Both the position numbers and the translations under genes were made by a program. DNA of 64,000 bases. It comes from Octopus sinensis. Lineage: Eukaryota. The notes beneath the pieces are model-generated. The model was given only the letters and a program-made list of their open reading frames with translations. It was not told the origin of the DNA and made no database searches. Where the stretch lies: positions 60,016,001-60,080,000 of the forward strand of contig NC_043009.1 of NCBI RefSeq assembly GCF_006345805.1, in the 5' to 3' direction. Shown piece by piece: positions 54,199-64,000 of this stretch (its first letter is position 1; every line of letters begins with the position of its first letter).

Positions 54199-54320
54199 GA
54201 AGAGCTCCGCTCGAAACGTCATACCTCCCTGCTTCCATCTCCTGAGCGCCTATTAATAATAATACTGTATTTGTTCCTGTTGTTGTTGTTTTTTGTTTCC
54301 CTTTTGGATTAAAATTATAT
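54199..54320 (+). mobile_element. Truncated relative of the 41528 element (3' half of an HHR)
   Basis: (TA)n then gaa GAGC-tcc-GCTC GAAACGTC. Confidence 0.5.
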
Positions 54321-54364
54321 ATATATATAATATATATATATATATAGATATATATATATATATC

Positions 54365-54570
54365 AATAATAATAAAAGGTAAAAATTAAATAATTAATTA
54401 ATAATTATTAATTATTAATCATTAATAATTCCACCAAGTAGTTTCGTCATATTAAAAGGACCATTATCGGTAAACTTAAACAATTTTTTTTTCATTGCGA
54501 GTATAATTATAATTAGGGTTCAGCAAAAAAATTTGCTTTACCACATACCGAAAATGTAGAAGTTTTGGAC
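54365..54570 (-). mobile_element. Penelope-like family P1 fragment beside (TA)n
   Basis: Homologous to 4670-4837; joined directly to a SINE B fragment (54571-54795, minus). Confidence 0.55.
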
Positions 54571-54819
54571 ATAAACACACCAGCATCGGTTGTCAAGCGA
54601 AGGCGGGGTGGGGTGTACAAACACAGACACATATAAGTATATATATATATTATACAACGAGCTTTTTTCAGTTTCCGTCTACAAAATCTACTCACAAGGC
54701 TTTGGTAGGTTGAGGCTATAATAGATGATGCTTGCTCAAGATGCCACGCAGTGGGACCGAACCCGGAACCATGTGGTTGGGAAGCAAGCTTCCTGAATGC
54801 ATACGCACAAACACACACA

Positions 54820-54852
54820 CAGATAGATAAATAGAAGACAGACAGACAGACA

Positions 54853-54889
<37 letters not shown>

Positions 54890-54916
54890 ACAGACAGTCA
54901 GACAGACAGACAGACA

Positions 54917-54969
<53 letters not shown>

Positions 54970-54991
54970 ACAGACAGACAGACAGGCAGGC

Positions 54992-55040
<49 letters not shown>

Positions 55041-55068
55041 GGCAGGCAGACAGACAGACAGACAGACA

Positions 55069-55113
<45 letters not shown>

Positions 55114-55143
55114 ACAGACAGACAGACAGACAGACAGGCAGGC

Positions 55144-55233
<90 letters not shown>

Positions 55234-55255
55234 ACAGACAGACAGACAGGCAGGC

Positions 55256-55300
<45 letters not shown>

Positions 55301-55328
55301 GGCAGGCAGACAGACAGACAGACAGACA

Positions 55329-55377
<49 letters not shown>

Positions 55378-55399
55378 ACAGACAGACAGACAGGCAGGC

Positions 55400-55432
<33 letters not shown>

Positions 55433-55439
55433 GGCAGGC

Positions 55440-55476
<37 letters not shown>

Positions 55477-55515
55477 GGCAGGCAGGCAGGCAGGCAGGCA
55501 GACAGACAGGCAGGC

Positions 55516-55546
<31 letters not shown>

Positions 55547-55580
55547 TAGATAGATATATAGACAGAAAGATAGATAGATA
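54820..55580. repeat. (GACA)n/(GGCA)n alternating compound microsatellite
   Basis: Direct reading. Confidence 0.97.
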
Positions 55581-55819
55581 GACAGGTTTCTCACGTATCA
55601 TTTTTTTCTCTCATGACAAATATTGAATAGAAACTGCGCTGAAATATTGTAGCCATGTTTTAAGAATACGAATGAATTTAATTGTGCTATACACTGATCT
55701 CAGTATTGAGTTCTTTCTTATTTATGGATTTGTACAATCATTAGATCAGAATCCACTATCTTCTCGCTCTTTCTACACCAACTCTCTTACTATATATACA
55801 TATATATACACACACACAG

Positions 55820-55863
<44 letters not shown>

Positions 55864-56150
55864 ATTTCAACAATTGAGGGTAAAATTAATTAATTATTAA
55901 TCAATTTCACCAAGTATTCAGTATGCAAAGGGACCATTTAAGGCGAATTCAAATTATTACATTATATAAAAGGGCTTAGTAAAATAAATTACTTTGCCGC
56001 ATACTGAACTCATTAGAAATAGCAGCTAAAAAAACTTTTTAAAAACTATTTCTAATACTTAAAGAAAACCTCTCTCATATAGTGTTTGCTCAATTCAACT
56101 CACGAAAGTATGGGGGTAAAGACATTAAAAAATCAAATGCAAAGGTTATT

Positions 56151-56202
56151 TGAGAACGTACGTTTCAAGATTAGTCAACTCGACATTTCTATCATCAGCT
56201 CA
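56151..56202 (-). ncRNA. Type-I hammerhead ribozyme motif, unit 1
   Basis: TGAG CTGATGA tAGAaatGTC-gagtt-GACtaaTCTt GAA ACGTACGT T CTCA: canonical core, 4-bp stem I, palindromic stem III, stem II with internal loop, GUU triplet. Confidence 0.7.
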
Positions 56203-56707
56203 GAACTCCTTGGTTTGGATTTGAAAACACTGAAAGTGGGAGCATACCCTTCCGGCTTCTTATCGCTTCTGAAGATCTGCTCGAAACTAACAGTGCCAGC
56301 AAACTCAAATATGCAAGCGAAGAATTTCTGCTCTCCCCTTTCCACCAGCGTGGGTTAAAATCAGTAAACACTATGCTTTTTTCGGTAAAATCCGAGCATT
56401 AAATAGAGAGAGATGAATTATAATTTCAACAATTGAGGGTAAAATTAATTAATTATTAATCAATTTCACCAAGTATTCAGTATGCAAAGGGACCATTTAA
56501 GGCGAATTCAAATTATTACATTATATAAAAGGCTTAGTAAAATAATTACTTTGCCGCATACTGGGCTCATTAGAAATAGCAGCTAAAAAAACTTTTTTAA
56601 AACTATTTCTAATACTTAAAGAAAACCTCTCTCATATAGTGTTTGCTCAATTCAACTCACGAAAGTATGGGGGTAAAGACATTAAAAAATCAAATGCAAA
56701 GGTTATT

Positions 56708-56759
56708 TGAGAACGTACGTTTCAAGATTAGTCAACTCGACATTTCTATCATCAGCTCA
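56708..56759 (-). ncRNA. Type-I hammerhead ribozyme motif, unit 2
   Basis: Identical motif 557 nt away. Confidence 0.7.
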
Positions 56760-57195
56760 GAACTCCTTGGTTTGGATTTGAAAACACTGAAAGTGGGAGC
56801 ATACCCTTTCGGCTTCTTATCGCTTCTGAAGATCTGCTCGAAACTAACAGTGCCAGCAAACTCAAATATGCAAGCGAAGAATTTCTGCTCTCCCCTTTCC
56901 ACCAGCGTGGGTTAAAATCAGTAAACACTATGCTTTTTTCGGTAAAATCCGAGGCATTAAATAGAGAGAGATGAATTATAATTTCAACAATTGAGGGTAA
57001 AATTAATTAATCAAATAACCTTTGCATTTGATTTTTTAATGTCTTTACCCCCATACTTTCGTGAGTTGAATTGAGCAAACACTATATGAGAGAGGTTTTC
57101 TTTAAGTATTAGAAATAGTTTTAAAAAAGTTTTTTTAGCTGCTATTTCTAATGAGTTCAGTATGCGGCAAAGTAATTTATTTTACTAAGCCCTTT

Positions 57196-57236
<41 letters not shown>

Positions 57237-57585
57237 CACACACATGTGCACCTGCGCATCCCCCACACACGTGTGTGTGTGTGTTACTATGCAAGGTAAA
57301 ATATGAGAAAAAATACAGCGCTACAAAAATAGTATTTCAAGCATAAATTAACGTCAGTGTAAAGATTTCTTCGACAGCTGCTGTTTAGTAAATCCAACTG
57401 GAGAATTAATGGACTTTTCAGCTTTATAGAATTTCCTGGGAAAATAACATTAGGAGAAACAGAACATGATATTTTTTCCCCTTTTGTGTGAACAGAATTT
57501 GCAGCGAAATGGGAAAGAAAATAAATCGCAAAGCCGAAAACAATGCCCTATATTCTTCTTCTTCTTCTTCTTCTTCTCATTATTA

Positions 57586-57677
<92 letters not shown>

Positions 57678-58114
57678 GTTATTATTTTGCTCATCTAAAT
57701 AATTGTGGGTAATGATTATAATGATTTCCAGCTTAGCTACAAGGCCAAATATTTTATCGAGAAACGCAACAGTCAATAAAATCGACTCATTGAAGATTTC
57801 TATAGACAATGTAGGAATGTTGTGCATCAATGCCGTTCCAGATAAATGGTCGGAAATTCTTCCTGGTTTTCCATTTGGAACAAATATTCCATATATTTGT
57901 TGTTGTTATTGTTGTTGTTGTTGTTATTGTTCTTGGTGATGATGATGATGATGTTGTTTATCTCCATGTCAGCTCTTGATCCAGTAGATCTTTTATGATC
58001 AAAGACGACAGGGGTGTTATGTGAGAGAGATTTAGCTGGTAATACGTAAAGCATTGAAACTCTGTTCACTCCAGCACCGCCATGAGCCTTACATCATTTG
58101 CACGATGCTCTTTA

Positions 58115-58557
58115 CTCATTACTCTTTTACTTGTTTCAGTCATTTGACTGTGGCCATGCTGGAGCACCGCCTTTAGTCAAGCAAATCGCTCCCAGGACTT
58201 ATTCTTTGTAAGCTTAGTACTTGTTCTATCGGTCTCTTTTGCCGAATCGCTAAGTTACGGGAACGTAAACACACCATCATAGGCTGCCAAGCGATGTTGG
58301 GGGGACAAACACAGACATACAAACGTACACACACACACACACATATATATATACATATATATATATACATATATATATATATACATATATACGACGGGCT
58401 TGTTTCAGTTTCCGTCTACAAAATCCACTCACAAGGATTTGGTCGACCCGAGGCTATAGTAGAAGACACTTGCCCAAGGTGCCACGCAGTGGGACTGAAC
58501 TCGAAACCATGTGATTGGTAAGCAAGCTACTTACCACACAGCCTCTCCTACGCCTAT
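58115..58557 (-). mobile_element. SINE family B, full length
   Basis: Homology to family B. Confidence 0.9.
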
Positions 58558-58639
58558 TTTTACATCATCATCATCATCATCATCATCATCGTCAAGAACA
58601 ACAACAAGAATATACCACCAGCATTGTATAAACGACCTC

Positions 58640-59020
58640 AACATTAGCTTCGAATTTCATCCAAGGCTGGGGCCACGGGCCATACGCCCCCTGCCCAATT
58701 CAGGATCGCAACACATGAATACACTGCAACACAACTTCTTTTCCTCAACAGGCCCTGCCCTATTTAACATTGTCCCAAAACAGATCAAAACGGAAAAGGA
58801 CCCCATTACCTTTAAACGGTAACTGGACAAATTTCTGCAAGGAATACCAGACAAGCCACCTATACCTGGATATAGCTCACTCAACAAGAATGGACCACGA
58901 TACCGCAAAACTTGACTTAAAAAGGATTTAGATAATCCTATCAGGTAATGCTATTAAGTTAGACATGGCCTGGACCTATCTTTGGTCGAAACATCAAAGT
59001 TTATCTAAGTTTATTTAAGT
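58640..59020 (+). mobile_element. CR1-clade LINE 3' end
   Basis: FSSTGPALFNIVPKQIKTEKDPITFKR*LDKFLQGIPDKPPIPGY, the GP.LFN.LP...FK..LD.FL..IPD.P motif. Confidence 0.8.
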
Positions 59021-59398
59021 AGGCTAGGCTGAACAACCACTTTAAAGCTCACTTGTTGGTTCTTGGTATTGGTGGTAGTGGTGGTGGTGATGTGATGTGG
59101 TAGTGTCGGTAGTAGTTGTGGTGGTAGTGGTCGTCGTCGATTTGGAGGTGATGGTGGTGGTGATGGTCGTGGTGATGGTGGCAGTGTTTGTAGTTGTTGG
59201 CTTGTTGCTGGTGAAAAGTTAAGAGTGTTGTATTTGACGTTGGTGTCATTGTTGTTATTATTATTATTATTGTTATTATCATTATCATTATCATCTTCGT
59301 TATTTAGCGCCAGATCAGCACCAATCCAACAAACCATTGATCAAAACGTTCCAATTATACAAGAATGACATTTGTTTTTTTCACACGCAATGTCTATG

Positions 59399-59610
59399 CG
59401 AGGGGATACCCAAAAGAAACCGGAATTTTGCAATATTCTTTTATTCGCTCAGTTTTACATGTTTACACTTTTACCACCTTCAAAGTATTCTCCATTTGAA
59501 GCAATGCATCGGCCCAGAAGCGTTCTTTACTGTTCAAAGCAGTGCTGGAACACTTGCGAAGTGATGTCTTTTAACGTATTCGTCGATTTTTTTTCTTCAC
59601 CTCCTCCACA
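59399..59610 (-). mobile_element. Mariner 3'-end fragment
   Basis: TIR-like cgaggggatacccaaaagaaaccgg; minus translation VFQHCFEQ*RTLLGRCIASNGEYFEG. Confidence 0.7.
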
Positions 59611-59771
59611 TCTGCCAATTCCGTAGCACCAGCTTTCACTGTGAAAGTACCATCATACATATATGCAGAGGGTATGAAGGCGATAGTGATCGAAAGGAAA
59701 AATTACAAGAAACTGGAAGAAGTGTGTGGAGATAGTATTGACCCACCCTGGTGGGTCAATACTATCTCCCG

Positions 59772-59985
59772 TCGTATATATGTATATATATGTGTGTGTG
59801 TGTGTACGTTTGTGTGTCTGTGTTTGTCCCCCCAACATCGCTTGGCAACCGATGCTGGTGTGTTTATGTCCCCGTAACTTAGCGATTCGGCAAAAGAACC
59901 GATAGAATAAGTACTAAGCTTACAAAGAATAAGTCCTGGGGTCGATTTGCTCGACTAAAGGCGGTGCTTCAGCAAGGCCACAGTA
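59772..59985 (+). mobile_element. SINE family B, 3' half
   Basis: Homology to family B. Confidence 0.85.
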
Positions 59986-60547
59986 AAGGTGGAATTCAAA
60001 GAATTGCCTGCCACCAGTAGTGGATTTAATAGAAATTGAACCATTGATGAAGTACTACTAAAAGGAAAATAAGTATGTTAAATTAACAGGAAAAAAAAGA
60101 AAAGAAAGAGAAAAAGGAAAAAAGGAAAAGGAGGAAAAAGGAAAAAAAAGAAAGAGTAAAGTGTTTTATGTTCTGCTTAAAAAATATTGAAAAATAGAAC
60201 AATTGTAGAGAATGTATATAGCAGTTCAAGTACTTGCAATGGTATGTAACACGATGATTAATTGTTATATATATACATGATAAAAATGGACTAAAAAAAG
60301 AAAAGATTAATGGTAGTACATGTGATGAGGGGCGCATGCAGCCATTCATAACCTCATTGTTATATAATCATCTCATTCATATTCGATTTATGTATTGTCC
60401 CCTCTGTGGTGTCCTGTTTGTCCTTGTTTGTCCCCCCCTCTATTTTGGGCCCTGGTGGTTAATAAAGAAACGAGTTGATTTAGCGAAGGAGAAAGATTCA
60501 GGAGAGCAACGACATGAGGGTGAAATAGAGAAATTGTTCACAGAGAA

Positions 60548-60778
60548 GGCGGCGAGCTGGCAGAATCGTTAGCACGCCGGGCGAAATCCTTAGCAGTATT
60601 TCGTCTGCCGCTACATTCTGAGTTCAAATTCCGCCGAGGTCGACTTTGCCTTTCATCCTTTCGGGGTCGATTAAATAAGTACCAGTTATGCACTGGGGTC
60701 GATATAATCGACTTAATCCGTTTTTCTGTCCTTGTTTATCCTCTCTGTGTTTAGCCCCTTGTGGGTCGTAAAGAAATA
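60548..60778 (+). mobile_element. SINE family A, single copy
   Basis: 20-bp TSD gaaatagagaaattgttcac at 60522-60541 and 60779-60798. Confidence 0.92.
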
Positions 60779-61383
60779 GAAATAGAGAAATTGTTCACGG
60801 TGGAGACAGAGAGGGAAAATGTTTTAGAAATAGAAGATGACAGTGATAGAGAGACAGGTTTCAGAGAAGAGACAGAAAAGGTAAAACCACCAGAAATAGA
60901 AGAAGAAAAGAGAAAACCAAGAAGAGGAAAAAATAAATGGAACTTCGTAACATATGCCAAAACAAGGAGGTGGAAAGAAAAATTGTCAAATTTAAACATA
61001 TCATAAGAGTGAAGTTACCCAAGGATGTATACTCAGAAAATGTGAAGACGTCATTGATTGGTTGAAATTGCCGAAATGCAAGAAATTAAACAACAAATAG
61101 CTTACAAACTACAGAATTTTCTCAAGAAAGCCAAGAGAAAAAAATGTTTTATGTAACACATTCTACCAGTATACGAAGTTTAAAAGTGTTAGTTACAAAG
61201 AAATTATTAAAAAAATCTGCCGGTCAAAGTGAAAAGATCCCTAAAGTCATTCATTCACACAATTCCACTTAAAAGACCGGCAGTGGTCGTCTTTGTGGTG
61301 GTGGTGGTCGTCGTCGTTGGGGTGATGGGGTGATTGTGGCGGGGGAGTAATATAATTATCCACAATTACCCACCACTGATAAC

Positions 61384-61831
61384 ATGGCATCCTTCACGAG
61401 GTACATGTGTCCTTCAAAGAGGATAAATTTATGCTATCCAATATTGACTCATTATTTTATCTCACAATCGCGTTTGAAATTCACAATTGTAAGACCTTTA
61501 GTGTCTGGTAATGATTTAAATACACTTTGTGTCCGTCTAGAATATGTAAAACGACTGTTAAGTACAGAAGCCGATACACCTGAGCGTCGAACTGTCCGGA
61601 GTAAAAGCACTTCCAACCTGGGGTCTCTCACAAGCGATATCCTTAGTTCCAATACCAAAGCTGCTTCAGTTTCTTCACCTTCCAAAGACGGTGGTACAGA
61701 ATAGTCCAGTTCTTCAGGATCTAAAAAGGAAAAATCTTCGAGATGGACCGGTAAAAATGCATGGCAGTTAGGTTTACTGTTGCTCGGAGGTTGGGCTACC
61801 TTGACGACGGGCGTACTTATTAGTATTTGGG
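61384..61831 (+). CDS. TIMM50: Probable first coding exon of mitochondrial import translocase subunit TIM50, with in-frame TAG at 61702-61704
   Basis: Kozak aacATGG; basic, acid-poor presequence-like N-terminus (MASFTRYMC...VKRLLSTE); Ser-rich linker; the same frame continues past the TAG into RWTGKNAWQLGLLLLGGWATLTTGVLISIWG (TM helix); phase-1 donor G|gtatgt. The TM-Gly end and intron phase fit TIM50 as I recall it; no search was run. Confidence 0.6.
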
Positions 61832-62404
61832 GTATGTACAAGCAATTTAATTTGACTTTGCCTTGATAACTTTCACTACCAGCCTCTGTATCATTTATTA
61901 CTGTCTACTGTCTTCTTGTATTTGTTACATTTTCTGTCATTTGATATTTTCTTTGTATTTGTTCGCCGTCTACTTGTGGGAGGTCATATAGGTGTCATTC
62001 GCACTCATCACCTCACTTTCGTTTATTATGTTGATTTAATGATTAAATTTCTACGTTTCTCTATCACTGTACATCAATATTTATTACCTTTTGCCGTATT
62101 TTGACTACATCTAAATTTTTGCTTCAGTTATTACTATTACAAGTAAGGAATCAAAGAAAACAGGATTCATGCTACATGCGTGATAAAAGATACTCGAGCT
62201 AACAGGAGAATCTCTACGTGGTTGTTTCGACTTGCTAGAAACAGCAGCCATGCATTCCTCAAACAGCACCCTACTATTTGAAATAAGGAAAGGTAGACTT
62301 AGTCGCTTGGTTTAATATCACCAACTGGTTCTTGGGTATTTTTCACAGTGTCTACTCTGTTGGAAGCATTCGGTTCAAGTCTCTGGTCTGAAGATAATTT
62401 TTTC

Positions 62405-62820
62405 CTATTTCTTTACTACTGACAAGAGGCTAAACATAGAGGGGATAAGCAAGGACAGACAAACGGATTAAGTCGATTATATCGACCCCAGTGCGTAACT
62501 TCTTCTTATTTAATCGACCCCGAAAGGATGAAAGGCAAAGTCAACCTCGGCGGAATTTGAACTCAGAACGTAGCGGCAGACGAAATACCTATTTCTTTAC
62601 TACCCACAAGGGGCTAAACACAGAGAGGACAAACAAGGACAGACAAACGGATTAAGTCGATTACATCGACCCCAGTGCGTAACTGGTACTTTATTTACCA
62701 ACCCCGAAAGGATGAAAGGCAAAGTCGATCTCGGTGGAATTTGAACTCAGAACGTAACAGCAGACGAAATACTGCTAAGCCTTTCGCCCGGCGTGCTAAC
62801 GATTCTGCCAGCTCGTTGCC
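62405..62820 (-). mobile_element. SINE family A, tandem (head + 2 bodies)
   Basis: Junction cgaaatacc|tatttcttta at ~62581-62600. Confidence 0.9.
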
Positions 62821-62844
62821 TTCCTTCGTCTAAGATACTACTGA

Positions 62845-63520
62845 TGACTTTTCTTTTACTTATTTCAGTCATGTGACTACGGTCATGCTGGGGCACCACC
62901 TTGAAGGACTTTAGCTGAATGAATCGACCCTAGGACACTTTTTAAAGCCTGATAGTTATTTTATCGGTCGCTTTTGCCAATCAAATACAGGGACGTAAAA
63001 CAAACCAGCACCGGTCGTCAAGCGATGGTGGTGGTGGGGGGGACAAATACATACATCCAAATAGATATATACACACACACTGTGGATGGAACCTCATGAA
63101 TGCGACACAGGATGTAACTCAGGTATCAGTGGCGAGGCGGGGCTCGTGGGGTCCGAATTAAACCCACCCCCACTCCATCCGTAATGTCTTCCGGTCTGTC
63201 CTACCATTCGATCTTATTATATTTTCTTATTTTTGTAAAATTTTTAATGTCAGCTTTTTTGTATAATCATTCGCTCATCTGACCCCAAAATCAGATTGTA
63301 TTGTCCCCTCTTTGCTGGCCCCTTGTGGGTAATAAAAAAAAATGAACGTATACACACACACACACGATGGGTTTCTTTAAGTTTCTGTATACCAAATCCA
63401 CTCGCAGAGCTTTGGTCGGCCCGGGGCTATAGTAGATGACTGTAGCACAGGGTGCCACGCATAGGGACTGAACCCAGATCCATTCGGTTGGGAAGCAAAC
63501 TTCTCATCACACAGCCTAAC
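62845..63520 (-). mobile_element. SINE family B split by ~300 bp of foreign sequence at its internal microsatellite
   Basis: Head at 63365-63520 and 3' half at 62845-63050, same strand. Confidence 0.65.
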
Positions 63521-64000
63521 TGCTATTTTCATGGAAATAAACGTTTCACCGGTTAACTTCACCGAGAGATTCAATATGTATTGATGGAAAGCCAATATAT
63601 ATATTCTTTTTATCAAATTATTATGACCTTACAGGAAAGTAATTACTTCAGTATATATCGTATCTCGTCTGAGAGCGGGTATAAATATGTTCTTATTTAT
63701 AGCCGGGTTTGCGTGAGATATGATATGTATCGAAGCAGCTGAGTTCCTGCACGGTCAAGTAAGGTCAATATTCTTTAAACGCTTTTGTGTATGTATGTAT
63801 TATGTATATGCGTATGCATGTGTGTGTATGTGGTGCATGTGTTTAAGTATGCATGTATACATGTGTATATGTGTGTGTATATCGGCATATGTTTGTGTAT
63901 ATCTGGGCCACAACTATTATCTTGAGTACGAAACCTAATGGAATCTTGTCTTATCGATACCACGGTCAGAACAATGGAATTTATCGGCCCACATAATTAT

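Larger units (their letters stand above)
55860..57203 (-). mobile_element. Penelope/retrozyme-like locus: two ~558-bp tandem units, a 32-bp third start and a 190-bp inverted copy, within (TA)n
   Basis: taatttcaac starts at 55862, 56421 and 56979; 57011-57203 is the reverse complement of ~55962-56153; (TA)n on both flanks. Confidence 0.85.

Noticed and set aside
56266-56300. Plus-strand CTGAAGA...GAAAC core-like motif in the 558-bp unit
   Set aside because: No stem II pairing (tctgctc), no stem I, and G at the cleavage position.
56086-56915. Two identical-length 90-aa ORFs in the tandem repeat
   Set aside because: TTG start, antisense to the ribozyme, no recognisable domain; a by-product of the repeat.
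57720-57900. Region open on both strands between microsatellites
   Set aside because: No splice support or domain; short and AT-rich.
61691-61717. GT...AG micro-intron that would remove the TAG
   Set aside because: Only 27 nt, too short for a normal spliceosomal intron, and the donor is poor.
61452-61841. 129-aa minus-strand ORF
   Set aside because: Antisense shadow of the TIM50-like exon; no ATG start, and the plus strand has the Kozak ATG, TM helix and donor.

Overview
AT-rich, repeat-dominated eukaryotic DNA. I recognise the SINE families and microsatellite load from memory as an octopus (Octopus sp.) genome; this was not checked by a database search. Most of the window is microsatellite plus three abundant tRNA-derived SINE families. 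It also holds a full-length but dead mariner (33006-34296), other Tc1/mariner and hAT remnants, two non-autonomous Helitrons, and 3' ends of CR1, RTE and R4/Dong-type LINEs. Nearly all ORFs in the supplied track are microsatellite artefacts. The one convincing host coding exon is 61384-61831 (+): presequence, transmembrane helix and a phase-1 donor, probably the first coding exon of TIMM50, but it carries an in-frame TAG. The strongest hidden signal is five sequence-distinct families of minimal type-I hammerhead-ribozyme (HHR) motifs, each in a small microsatellite-associated element of Penelope/retrozyme type. One lies in a ~558-bp tandem repeat followed by an inverted copy that starts 1-2 nt from the predicted self-cleavage site. 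Other notable patterns are a (TAA)n array hosting an R4/Dong-type LINE end plus two copies of a ~556-bp non-coding element, and SINE tandem arrays that reuse one hairpin-forming junction. Repeat coordinates are approximate unless termini are quoted.
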